Shown here one piece after another: positions 16,609-26,236 of a DNA stretch of 64,000 nucleotides. Position numbers and translations under genes: made by a program. The notes under the pieces are model-generated. The model ran no database searches and was not told where the DNA came from. It worked only from the letters and a program-made list of their open reading frames with translations. Each line of letters opens with the position of its first letter. Within the stretch, counting starts at the first letter, position 1. The stretch is from the IMG/VR virus record IMGVR_UViG_3300034375_009028; one strand, given 5' to 3'. Source of the stretch: a virus. Taxonomy: Duplodnaviria > Caudoviricetes.

Positions 16609-18713
16609 GCAATCAACTCTACAAATTCTCCTAAGATCTTTTTATTTAGCTTCTTACTACGAAGAGATTTTACAAAAGCACTTTTGATTTGGGTTTTAGT
16701 CGCATCATCTTTTACTTCAAAGTCCGTATTTTGTGCCAAAACATTTTTTGACATACCAAAGTAACGATCATACCCAGACACTTTAATAGAAATTGATTTA
16801 TTCTTTTTCCACTGCCTCATAGAAGCATCAAATTCATCACTATACCAACCACAATAACGACGAATAAAAGTAGAAACATCACGATCAATAATACGAATAC
16901 CAATAAGATTTACTTGGGGGAATTCTTCTTTCAAATCTTCAAGCAACATGTTGGTAAAATTATACCATTCAGTAGGAATCCTCTTAACAGATCCCGTTTT
17001 ACGATTGCGATAATATGTATTATAACCTAAAGAAACACATCCCATAATCTCAAACGCCTCCCAATTGCGTTTTACCATTTTATGCCTGTTCAAATGGTTT
17101 GCTTCACCATCGGTAAGAATTACACACTGCACTTTTTGAAGTTTGTGCTTTGCTTTAAATAAAGGAATAATTTTACGAAGACTCAAAATAGTTTCATTAA
17201 GTGGAGTTCCGCTAAGAGACAACCTCGGAGGGGGAGTATACTCTGCATAATGGCGAATAGAAAAAGCACACCTCCAAATGTTTTTCATATGAAGATCAAG
17301 GTCCTTTCCAGACACTTCTGAAGAAAAGAACTCCATCAAAGAGAACCTTTCATCAACTGCAAACAATCCACTTTTCTTTTGGTAATGTGGTTGAAGCCTT
17401 ACTGGATGTCCGTTATTGTCATACGTGACCGTATTATATTCAAGGGTAAATGCATATACACTAAAAGGAATAGAGCACTTCTTACAAAACCAAATCAAAT
17501 TATAAAGTTGCTTGATCGTATCCATTAAAACTTCTGTCATAGATCCAGACCAATCAAGGATAAAAATCAATCCGTGATTTTTTCCATCAGGAATAATGTT
17601 TACTTTTTTGAAGAGATCCTCATTGAACTTATAAGTATGTAATTTAGAAGTATCAAGTACACCAGTCTTGCTAACAAAAGAACGAGAATACGCATCTGCA
17701 GATTTACGACACTCAAATTCTTTTACAAGGTAATTTACTTCTTTTTGAGATTCTTTTTTAAACTTAGCATAGGAATTATCAACGTACTGAAATTCATTGC
17801 CAACATAGACTGAAAAATGGTCTTTAATATAATCTTGGAGTTCTTTATTGGCATTAATGATTGTATCAAGATTAAGATCTGGAGACTCTACATATTCATT
17901 TCCCAGAGAAGTTGATGTCAGATCTTTAAGTTTACTTACTAGATTTTCATCAGTTTTGACTTTTGGTTCTTCATCACTATTAGTTTCATGAGAATCTTCT
18001 ACATTCGTAGATCCAGAACTAGAACCAGAAGAAACTTCTTGCTCATTAAATTTTGATTGATCTTCGGCATCAGAATTTGATTGTTGTTGTTCTTCTTCAG
18101 AAGGGGAAGATCCAGAACCATTAGAGTTAGGTTTAACGTCTTGTTTTTCTTCTTTCTTACTTTGATCCAATTCCTTCTTACAATAATTGTAAAGAGCAAC
18201 TGCTGCTTCTTGAGATTGATCAAAAGTTTCTGCAGAAGCAATCATATCAATGATTTCTTTTTCCTCACCCTCTTGAATGGGAATATCAAAAAGACTACCA
18301 ATCTTAAACCAAAGATTAGCACGATCAGCAAGATTCAATTCTGAAATATTTTCATCTTTAACAGAGAAGAAATCTTCATCATGAAGTTCTTTGTAACCAC
18401 GATAAAAAGTTTTTGTAATTCCACCATATTTGCGTTTCATCATTTTTTCAATGCGAGCATCTTCAGTCACATTGATAAATTGCATAGGAACCTCTACCTT
18501 TGGATCCTCATTTGGGGTGAAGATTGCGTGCCCAACTTCATGAGCAACAAGCATATCATATACTTGATTAGATGCCCTCTCCCACATAGGAAGAGTCAAA
18601 ACACGAGTATCAACATTGAACATTGCAGTTTCAACTTTCTTGTTCTCAATAATGAGATCCTCAGTTGCAAGGAGTTTTGCAAGTTGCCCTTTGATTTCGA
18701 GGTTGACCAGCAT
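16605..18713 (-). CDS. CobT-like protein: N-terminal HExxH metallopeptidase-like domain + C-terminal vWA domain
   Basis: VAHEVGH, NVTEDARIE, LDWSGS (MIDAS), SGTPLNE, ILTDGE. Confidence 0.8.
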   Translation of the reverse strand: MLVNLEIKGQLAKLLATEDLIIENKKVETAMFNVDTRVLTLPMWERASNQVYDMLVAHEVGHAIFTPNEDPKVEVPMQFINVTEDARIEKMMKRKYGGITKTFYRGYKELHDEDFFSVKDENISELNLADRANLWFKIGSLFDIPIQEGEEKEIIDMIASAETFDQSQEAAVALYNYCKKELDQSKKEEKQDVKPNSNGSGSSPSEEEQQQSNSDAEDQSKFNEQEVSSGSSSGSTNVEDSHETNSDEEPKVKTDENLVSKLKDLTSTSLGNEYVESPDLNLDTIINANKELQDYIKDHFSVYVGNEFQYVDNSYAKFKKESQKEVNYLVKEFECRKSADAYSRSFVSKTGVLDTSKLHTYKFNEDLFKKVNIIPDGKNHGLIFILDWSGSMTEVLMDTIKQLYNLIWFCKKCSIPFSVYAFTLEYNTVTYDNNGHPVRLQPHYQKKSGLFAVDERFSLMEFFSSEVSGKDLDLHMKNIWRCAFSIRHYAEYTPPPRLSLSGTPLNETILSLRKIIPLFKAKHKLQKVQCVILTDGEANHLNRHKMVKRNWEAFEIMGCVSLGYNTYYRNRKTGSVKRIPTEWYNFTNMLLEDLKEEFPQVNLIGIRIIDRDVSTFIRRYCGWYSDEFDASMRQWKKNKSISIKVSGYDRYFGMSKNVLAQNTDFEVKDDATKTQIKSAFVKSLRSKKLNKKILGEFVELIA

Positions 18714-18742
18714 GGCGTTTGTTTAACTGAAGTCAGTATACT

Positions 18743-18768
18743 AAAAAAGGTCCTCCGTCAGGAAGACC
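18743..18768 (-). terminator. Intrinsic terminator after the epimerase gene
   Basis: GGTCTTCC-TGAC-GGAGGACC-TTTTTT. Confidence 0.6.
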
Positions 18769-18794
18769 CTTGTGACAGTTTTTGAATTGGTAGA

Positions 18795-19739
18795 CTATGC
18801 TCCATAATGGTGTGCCAAAAACTTTGTGGCAATTTCAATTTCCATTTGTATCTCAATCCAACCTTCAACATCAATTTTTGGTTCCCAACCAAAAACGTTA
18901 CGTAACTTAAAATTATTTGCAAGTGTTTCTCTTGCCTCACCAATCCTAGGTGGAATATTGACTTGATTGGCAGAGATCATATTTGCAATTTGATTCACTG
19001 AATGATTAGTTCCACTACCAACATTATATACTTTACCATAATATTGAGAATCAACTTCTTTTGTTGCTGCCAAATAGTTTGCTTTTACAACATCAGAGAC
19101 ATGAGTAAAATCTCTTCTTTGTTCACCATCACCAACAATAGTTAAAGGTTCATCTCTCGCAAATTGTTTAAAGAACCTACCAATAACTGGAGCATATTGA
19201 CCTTTTATTGGTTGTCGTTCACCATAAACATTAAAATATCTGAAGATAATTGTTTTAAGTCCAAATAAATTTGTGTACATTGTACATAGTTTTTCTCCAG
19301 ATACTTTAGATACAGAATAAGGATTCAAGCAATCATCTGGTTGAGTCTCTACATTAGGGATAGGGTTCATTCCATATGCAGAAGAAGTTGAAGAATATAT
19401 TACTTTTTTAACCCCTGCTTCTCTGGCACATTGTAAAACAGTTGCAGTTCCAACACAATTAATATCAACTGCTTGAATTGGATTTTCTACTGCGGGTTGG
19501 ATTCTTGCTTCTGCAGCAATATGAAACACATAATCAACTCCATCATAAAGTGGACGTGTATTTTCATAGTCTCTAATATCATACTTGTAGTTTTGTGCCC
19601 TATCATTCCAATAAAAATGATCGTGAGCATCAGAATACTCATTGTCAACAACTACAACTTCATGTCCTTCGGAGAGCAAATAATCTACAAGATTAGATCC
19701 AATGAATCCTGCTCCTCCAGTAACCAAACTTTTTGTCAT
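18795..19739 (-). CDS. NAD-dependent epimerase/dehydratase (extended SDR)
   Basis: VTGGAGFIG, YSSTSS, YSVSK (YxxxK), RYFNVYG, RDFTHV. Confidence 0.92.
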   Translation of the reverse strand: MTKSLVTGGAGFIGSNLVDYLLSEGHEVVVVDNEYSDAHDHFYWNDRAQNYKYDIRDYENTRPLYDGVDYVFHIAAEARIQPAVENPIQAVDINCVGTATVLQCAREAGVKKVIYSSTSSAYGMNPIPNVETQPDDCLNPYSVSKVSGEKLCTMYTNLFGLKTIIFRYFNVYGERQPIKGQYAPVIGRFFKQFARDEPLTIVGDGEQRRDFTHVSDVVKANYLAATKEVDSQYYGKVYNVGSGTNHSVNQIANMISANQVNIPPRIGEARETLANNFKLRNVFGWEPKIDVEGWIEIQMEIEIATKFLAHHYGA

Positions 19740-21448
19740 GGTGCAATCCTACTAAATCCTTTAACTTTCTCAAATTTAATTACATTATTAAATTTATCAC
19801 GCATTCCCTCTTTGTGCGATATAACAAAAATGTTAGCATCTTTAATGACAAATCTAATAATTTTCATAAACTCTTCAATACCAAACACATCCAATGAAGA
19901 ATCAAAAGTTTCATCAAAGATGATTAAGTTACAATTTAAAGAGTTTTTAATCTTTGCAACTTCTCTCCAAGTAAACAATAATGCAAGATCTATTCTCATA
20001 CGTTCTCCTTCACTAAAAGAACTATAAGAAAAATCTTCCTGTACTGGAGATTCAATAGACTCATTAAATTCTTCATCAAGTTTAAAATTGATAAAGAATT
20101 CCATCATTTGCAAATACTTATTAACTTGCGAGTTAATAACAGGCAAATATTTTTTGATGATCTGAGTTTTTACTCCACCATCTTTTAATAGATTATAAAC
20201 AAAATTATAGTTTATTAAGAGATCTTTTTTATCGTTTAAATCTTTTAGTACTAAACTATATTCTTGTTCTAAATTTTTTAGAGTTTCCCGTTCAAAATTT
20301 CTTCCTTCAGACTTAGTGGTAATGTTTTGAATTTCGCTTTCAAGATTTCTGATTTGCTTCTGGTGTCCAGAAATCCGAATGCTAACTTGAGAAATCTCAT
20401 TAGTTAAATTTAATACTTCTTCTGATAGTTTGAAAAAGTGACGCTCTCGCTCTTCTTCCTCTTTAATTGCCTCGTCAAGTTCATTAAGACCTGACTGCAA
20501 CTCCTTTGCTCTATTTTGAGCGTCTACAATTTTATTTAGTCTAAATGACTCTTCAATACTTTGTGTGCAGGTTGGGCAAACCGTATTGCTGTCAAAAAAT
20601 TTATAATCACTAACTATATTTGACACCTTCTCTGTAATTTTTCCCTTTAAGTTTCCCAACTTACGAAGTTTTGAAGTTGCACTGGAATATTCTTCCATCT
20701 CTTCTTTCTTTGCAATTAGAGAATCTTCATAGAGTAAAGATTGTGATAAAAGTTCATCATTTTCTTTAGTTAAATTAAATATAAAATCTTTTTTAGATTG
20801 TATATCTGATTTACTCAAATCTTCGATTTCTTTGATAAAGTTTTTTTGCATTGTTACTTTATCAGAAAAACTTTCTTTTTTATATTCTAATTTGTTTATT
20901 TCTTCTTTACAAGATTTTAACCTTTCTTTTATAGAAAGGTTCATTGAAGAAAATATTTTAATATCCAAAATGTCTTCAATAACATCTCTTCGATTAGCAG
21001 CAGATAATTGCATAAATGGAACAAAATTACTACTACCAAGAATAACTATTTGAGTAAAAGTTTTATAGTTCATTTTAAGAACTACAGACTCTAACCAATT
21101 CTGCTGATCTTTTGTTGTAGCGTCTTGATTTAAAAGTTCTCCATTTTTATAGATTTGAAATATATTTGGTTTCAATCCCCTCTTTACTTTCCATTTAGTT
21201 TTTGAGATTTTAAATTCTATTTCAACTACACAATCCTTTTCATTTATTGAATTGATTAACTGTGGTTTATTTACTCCCCTAAAAGACTTTCCAAATAGAA
21301 CAAATGTTAATGCATCTAGAAGAGTGCTTTTACCAGATCCATTGTTGCCAATAACTAAACTAGTTTTATGATCATCAAATTTTACTTCAGTAAATTGATT
21401 ACCTGTGCTAAGAAAATTTTTGTATTTAATACTTTCAAATAAAATCAT
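19736..21448 (-). CDS. gp46: Recombination endonuclease, Rad50/SbcC-like subunit
   Basis: GNNGSGKS, coiled coil with CPTC hook, FSEGE, IFDE. Confidence 0.96.
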   Translation of the reverse strand: MILFESIKYKNFLSTGNQFTEVKFDDHKTSLVIGNNGSGKSTLLDALTFVLFGKSFRGVNKPQLINSINEKDCVVEIEFKISKTKWKVKRGLKPNIFQIYKNGELLNQDATTKDQQNWLESVVLKMNYKTFTQIVILGSSNFVPFMQLSAANRRDVIEDILDIKIFSSMNLSIKERLKSCKEEINKLEYKKESFSDKVTMQKNFIKEIEDLSKSDIQSKKDFIFNLTKENDELLSQSLLYEDSLIAKKEEMEEYSSATSKLRKLGNLKGKITEKVSNIVSDYKFFDSNTVCPTCTQSIEESFRLNKIVDAQNRAKELQSGLNELDEAIKEEEERERHFFKLSEEVLNLTNEISQVSIRISGHQKQIRNLESEIQNITTKSEGRNFERETLKNLEQEYSLVLKDLNDKKDLLINYNFVYNLLKDGGVKTQIIKKYLPVINSQVNKYLQMMEFFINFKLDEEFNESIESPVQEDFSYSSFSEGERMRIDLALLFTWREVAKIKNSLNCNLIIFDETFDSSLDVFGIEEFMKIIRFVIKDANIFVISHKEGMRDKFNNVIKFEKVKGFSRIAP

Positions 21449-21704
21449 TTTGTTCTGGAGGAATTACAATGTCATTTTGAGTAATAATTGCATATTGATA
21501 TCTATGTATATTGCAAGTTTTTATGATTAATTCTTTATCAACTTCTATAATGTTCAAAGGAGGATAATCATCATTTTCTAACCATAGGGAAAATCTATTA
21601 GCATCATCTTCTTCTTCAAAAATATAAAGAACTTGCTCTCCTTCAGAGTTTACTACAGAATATGCGCCTTGATCTTCTTTTCCACGTAAAGTTAGAATAT
21701 ACAT
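21435..21704 (-). CDS. Conserved hypothetical protein between gp47 and gp46
   Basis: 89-aa ORF; LYIFEEEDDA motif. Confidence 0.65.
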   Translation of the reverse strand: MYILTLRGKEDQGAYSVVNSEGEQVLYIFEEEDDANRFSLWLENDDYPPLNIIEVDKELIIKTCNIHRYQYAIITQNDIVIPPEQNDFI

Positions 21705-21705
21705 A

Positions 21706-22749
21706 CTAGATAATTTGTGAACACTCTTTGTAAATTTCTTGTATAATACTATTTACCTTTTTTTTACTAATGTGTTCTTCGGTTTCTTCTACATACTTCC
21801 GCAAAATAGATACTGTATCTTCGGATTCAAAATCATATTCTAAATCTACACTACATTCTTCTGCAAAATTTTCTATTATTTTTAATTCTGCAACATTTGC
21901 AGAATAAAGTTTATCCAAATACTTTTCAAATTTTAATTGACTTTTTTTACTTTTAACAATTAATTTTACGATTTTATTTTCATACTTAGTTGCATCTAAA
22001 AGTTGATGGTTATCATCAGAATACTTAATAACTTCATGTATTTTGTATGGATTGTTTATAGGTTCTATTTCTTTGGTGTCAGTATCAAAAATATGAAATC
22101 CTCTTACATCATCAACATCATTAAAGTAAATTTCATAAGGATTTCCCAAGTAATAAATTATTCCATTGTCTGATCTAGTGTGATAGTGACCGCTGAAGAC
22201 ATGGGTGAAGTTTTTAAATAATTTGCCATCCATACCTTCTTCCATGATGAACCCACGATAAGGAGGGAATCCTGATAACTCAAGGTGCCCCATCGCGACT
22301 TTGCAACTTGTAGTTTTAATAAGTTTGAAAGATTTTTCAGAATTTTCATCGTTAATCCAAGGAATAAAAAGAATATTTAGATCTCCTATTTTTACTTCAG
22401 TTGGTTCAGAATATACTGTAAGTTTTTTATATTCCCTCAAAAGCAAATCTACAGCATTCAACTTATTGGTGTTTTTATAATATGCAGTATGATTACCAAC
22501 AATAGTATGGATAGAGCAACCCATTTGATCTAATCGATCATAGTAATTAGTTTTTGCCCATTCAAGAGCAGCAAAGTCAATACCTCTTCTATTATCAAAA
22601 GTGTCCCCCATATCAATAATTGTTTTAATTCCCCTTTCTTCTAATGTTGGGAAAAAAACATTGTTATAAAATTTTAAAAAATAATCATGAAACAGTTTTG
22701 AATTTTTACGAGCACCAAAGTGTTGGTCAGTAATTATTGCAACTTTCAT
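21706..22749 (-). CDS. gp47: Recombination endonuclease, Mre11-like subunit
   Basis: TDQHFG, GDTFD, GNH, GHL, SGHYH. Confidence 0.96.
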   Translation of the reverse strand: MKVAIITDQHFGARKNSKLFHDYFLKFYNNVFFPTLEERGIKTIIDMGDTFDNRRGIDFAALEWAKTNYYDRLDQMGCSIHTIVGNHTAYYKNTNKLNAVDLLLREYKKLTVYSEPTEVKIGDLNILFIPWINDENSEKSFKLIKTTSCKVAMGHLELSGFPPYRGFIMEEGMDGKLFKNFTHVFSGHYHTRSDNGIIYYLGNPYEIYFNDVDDVRGFHIFDTDTKEIEPINNPYKIHEVIKYSDDNHQLLDATKYENKIVKLIVKSKKSQLKFEKYLDKLYSANVAELKIIENFAEECSVDLEYDFESEDTVSILRKYVEETEEHISKKKVNSIIQEIYKECSQII

Positions 22750-23231
22750 TGATAACGTGTTTTAGAATGGATATTATCTTTAATGGAATTATAGTCAGAA
22801 TAATTGATTCCATCAATCAAGTTATCATCACAAAACACTTCATCATAACCAGTCTTTTCCAAAATTCTATTTTTAATTTCAAGTTGTTTTTTCTCTTTTT
22901 GAATTCTACGTAAAAAGGCGTAATGAATAACTTGAGTAAAGTATGCAAAAGGATTTTGAGATTTTTCTGGATTGAAGTTGTGTATATACTGAACACAATT
23001 TTCAATGCCATCAGAAATCATATCATCTTTAAAAATATAATTGACAAAATTAGGTTTGAATGATAAATGAGTAGCAATCTTTAAAAAACAATCTCCAATA
23101 TAATTTGGAATTGTTGGTTTAGGATCTCCTCTTTTCTCTGCTATCTCAACAGACTTTCTATACTCAATCAAAGCGATTAAGAAGTCTTTATTATTAACAT
23201 AGTGGATTGATCTCTTTCTTTTAGTTACCAT
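22746..23231 (-). CDS. gp55: Late-transcription sigma factor
   Basis: HYVNNKDF, YIGDCFLKIA, DMISDG, NPFAYFTQ, AFLRRIQKEK; likely ATG at 23231. Confidence 0.95.
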   Translation of the reverse strand: MVTKRKRSIHYVNNKDFLIALIEYRKSVEIAEKRGDPKPTIPNYIGDCFLKIATHLSFKPNFVNYIFKDDMISDGIENCVQYIHNFNPEKSQNPFAYFTQVIHYAFLRRIQKEKKQLEIKNRILEKTGYDEVFCDDNLIDGINYSDYNSIKDNIHSKTRYQ

Positions 23232-23265
23232 TACAAACCTGTAAATGTTAGTTCTCGTTGACAAT

Positions 23266-23326
23266 AGTATAACAGATTAGTATCAAATAAATCAAGCTTG
23301 ACACAACCTCTGATTCTTGTTACAAT
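23266..23326. promoter_or_regulatory. Back-to-back sigma70 promoters
   Basis: Minus: TTGATT(23290-95)-18-TATACT(23266-71). Plus: TTGACA(23298-303)-17-TACAAT(23321-26). Both have an extended TG. Confidence 0.7.
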
Positions 23327-23353
23327 ACCTTTGCTAAGGTTAATAAGTACAGC

Positions 23354-23755
23354 TTAGCTATCTTTAAATAACCTTTCTAATATCTCTTTAGCATCATTTA
23401 CATTAGCAATATATCCCATCTTCCTATTGATCTTTTTTCTGGTATTATTTGGATTATGTCTAAATTCTTCAGATTCTCTAACCCATGATTGATACATCAT
23501 AATCATTTTAATATCTTTTGATTCAGACATTGTTAAAATATCATTCATATCAAGTACAAAAAGATCTTCTTTTGAAGTTTTTAACCAAGGTTCTATTTTA
23601 TATCCAGTAGATCCATTCCTAGATGTAACTTCAGAGAATGTTATTGGATTAGATATCAATAAAAGAGTTTTATCTTCTTCATTACAAGGCATTACCTTAG
23701 AGAAAACTTCCTCTCCTGTTTTTAATTTTAAAGTTGCATAAAAGTCATCTTCCAT
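23354..23755 (-). CDS. Conserved cyanophage hypothetical protein
   Basis: FYATLKLKTGEEVFSKV...IEPWL; position between uvsW and gp55. Confidence 0.65.
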   Translation of the reverse strand: MEDDFYATLKLKTGEEVFSKVMPCNEEDKTLLLISNPITFSEVTSRNGSTGYKIEPWLKTSKEDLFVLDMNDILTMSESKDIKMIMMYQSWVRESEEFRHNPNNTRKKINRKMGYIANVNDAKEILERLFKDS

Positions 23756-23759
23756 AGAC

Positions 23760-25235
23760 TTATTCCTGTAAATTTACTGTTATTACATTGTAGTTAAATT
23801 TTTCTTCATTATATATTTTAATTCTTTCTACTAAATGATTAAGTGTATAATTTCTCCTAGATTTATACGTACAATCATCTGATATATCATATAACATTGC
23901 TTTTGATTTGGTTTTACTCTTTCTGAGTACTCTACCAATTGATTGTAGATTTCTAATTCTAGATTTACTTGGAGATGCAAAAACTACGTTATGTAGGTTT
24001 CTAATATTTATTCCTGTAGAGAATACACCATAAGATGCTATAATGATTGCATTATTTTCTCTCTCTGTTATTTCTCTCATTTTTTCTCTATCTTCTGTAT
24101 CCACTCCTCCATGAATAAAAAATATTTTTCTATTATTATTTTTGTTATTTGAAGATATTAATTCATACAAAGGTTTACCATGATGCTCAACATAATTAAA
24201 TAAAACTAATGTATTTCCTTTTAATTCCAAACTAAGATTTTTTATAAAATTATTTCTCTTCTCATGAAGTATTAGATAAGAAATCTCATCAGCATAAGAT
24301 TCAAATGTTTGTGGGTTATGCTTTAGTACTAAACAAGTAATATCTAAGTCTGCAATATGACCTTTTTCAATTAATTCGGAAGTTCTAATAATTTTGTAAG
24401 AAGGACCAAATAAACCTTCTAGCACCCACTTGTGAGTTTGAGTTCCATCAAGAGTTCCTGTAAATCCAAATCTATATTTTGCGTGATGCAATTTTGTCAT
24501 TATTTCTATTAATGACTTTGATTTGAATAAATGCGCTTCATCACCAATAACTACACTAAAATTCTCAAAGAATGATCTATCTAATTTATATACAGATTGC
24601 CAAGTAGTAATTGTAACTGCAGCATTATTTGATTTTTCTTTTCCACCATAAATTTTGTGGCAATATGACTCAGCATCCCAACCGTAATCTTCAAAGTCCT
24701 TGTACATCTGCTCTACAAGAGATGTCGTTGGAACAACTAGAAGAATTTTTTCTCCTTTATCCACATAATATCTTACGACAGAATAAATCATCAGTGATTT
24801 GCCTGATGCTGTGGGACTTATCAATAATTTTCGATTATGCCTTAGTGCATCATATACTCCCTCAATTTGATAATCCCTAGGAGTATGTGAGCATATGGAA
24901 TTCATGTAATCCTTTACACCTTCTTTTGAAATAAAATCATTTACTTCAAAAGGTAAACCATAAAATTTATTATCTTCAAATTTATATTCATAATTATAAT
25001 TTTTACAAAAAGATATTAGTTTATCTAAAAGACCAACATATAGTTGCTTCTTCCTCATATCGAATAGATGTATTTCCCCATTCCAATTTCTACCCCTATA
25101 TTGGGGCATGAACTTTGCATTTGGAACTTCAAATTTAAAATAATCTCTTAATTCATATTCAATATGAGGTTCACATTTTATATTTAAAAAAACCTCGTTT
25201 GATTTTTGAATTAGTAGATCAAAATTATTAACCAT
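23760..25235 (-). CDS. uvsW: SF2 DNA helicase UvsW
   Basis: SPTASGKS, GDEAH, GFTGT, QSIGRVLR. Confidence 0.96.
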   Translation of the reverse strand: MVNNFDLLIQKSNEVFLNIKCEPHIEYELRDYFKFEVPNAKFMPQYRGRNWNGEIHLFDMRKKQLYVGLLDKLISFCKNYNYEYKFEDNKFYGLPFEVNDFISKEGVKDYMNSICSHTPRDYQIEGVYDALRHNRKLLISPTASGKSLMIYSVVRYYVDKGEKILLVVPTTSLVEQMYKDFEDYGWDAESYCHKIYGGKEKSNNAAVTITTWQSVYKLDRSFFENFSVVIGDEAHLFKSKSLIEIMTKLHHAKYRFGFTGTLDGTQTHKWVLEGLFGPSYKIIRTSELIEKGHIADLDITCLVLKHNPQTFESYADEISYLILHEKRNNFIKNLSLELKGNTLVLFNYVEHHGKPLYELISSNNKNNNRKIFFIHGGVDTEDREKMREITERENNAIIIASYGVFSTGINIRNLHNVVFASPSKSRIRNLQSIGRVLRKSKTKSKAMLYDISDDCTYKSRRNYTLNHLVERIKIYNEEKFNYNVITVNLQE

Positions 25236-25665
25236 AACCTGCCTGGAATTTTAAGAAATCAATAGCATTTTTAATTTGATAAGTTCGATTATGAATGTTT
25301 TTTAAAATACTTTCTAAGTAACTTAAAACTGTCTCATAATATTCTACTTTCAAATTACTTTGAGATAATCTCTCATCTGCATCTAAGTATTTTTGCAAAG
25401 TCTCTTTATCTCTTATTTTTTTAAAAAAAGGATCTTCTAAGTAAACATCTGGATCTGCTTTACCAGTAAAATATTCATACCTTTCATGGCGAATATTTTT
25501 TTGTTGTTGTTCTGCTTTCTTTTTTAGTAAGATTACGTTATTGTAAATCTCATAGTATTTAGCATGTAAGATAGGAACCTTTGTTGATTCATTATGTAAA
25601 TTATCCATATCAATGTGAGCATCTTTTTCCCACATTTTTTGAATTTCTTCAAGATCAAAAATCAT
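25228..25665 (-). CDS. uvsY: Recombination mediator UvsY
   Basis: LHAKY...RYEYFTGKA...RTYQIKNAIDF; position between gp3 and uvsW. Confidence 0.88.
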   Translation of the reverse strand: MIFDLEEIQKMWEKDAHIDMDNLHNESTKVPILHAKYYEIYNNVILLKKKAEQQQKNIRHERYEYFTGKADPDVYLEDPFFKKIRDKETLQKYLDADERLSQSNLKVEYYETVLSYLESILKNIHNRTYQIKNAIDFLKFQAGYG

Positions 25666-26234
25666 AGTCTATTTCCTTTAGTGTCAAGTATATTATAGAT
25701 TGTGTATTTAAAAGATACCTCAGCAGTAAAATATTCGGTATCTGGATTTGTTGCATCAAATGTTAAATCTGACAAGTTGTAAGGGAACATGTCTTTAAAA
25801 ACAACTTCAAATTGTGTGTTCTGATAGCTGTTCAGAACTTCTAGAGTTCCATCAGAATATATATTCATCGAATCACTATCAAATCCTACCTGCGATTCAT
25901 CATGCCTTTGTAGATTGTAAATCTCACTTAATGATTCTGGATAACCAAGTCCACGCATCCAATTTTGTATTTGCATATAATTCTCTAGATTTTCATCTAC
26001 AATAAAACGCAAATTAAAATCATCAAAAACTAATTTATCTCCAGGTATATCTACATTTTTTAAATATGTTGGTTGTTCAGCTACACCTAAACTAATTCCT
26101 GGTATATTTGCGGAGTTTGCAAAAAATGATACTTTACGTGCTCTATTCAAAGTAAATTTAAATCCAATAGAAGAAAGAAAATTTCTATTTGATATTTGAT
26201 TTGAATATGCCGTTTTTGTTCTGTTGACTGCCAT
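25662..26234 (-). CDS. gp3: Tail completion / tube terminator protein
   Basis: NFLSSIGFKF, ANIPGI, FIVDENLENY, FKDMFP. Confidence 0.85.
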   Translation of the reverse strand: MAVNRTKTAYSNQISNRNFLSSIGFKFTLNRARKVSFFANSANIPGISLGVAEQPTYLKNVDIPGDKLVFDDFNLRFIVDENLENYMQIQNWMRGLGYPESLSEIYNLQRHDESQVGFDSDSMNIYSDGTLEVLNSYQNTQFEVVFKDMFPYNLSDLTFDATNPDTEYFTAEVSFKYTIYNILDTKGNRL

Positions 26235-26236
26235 AT

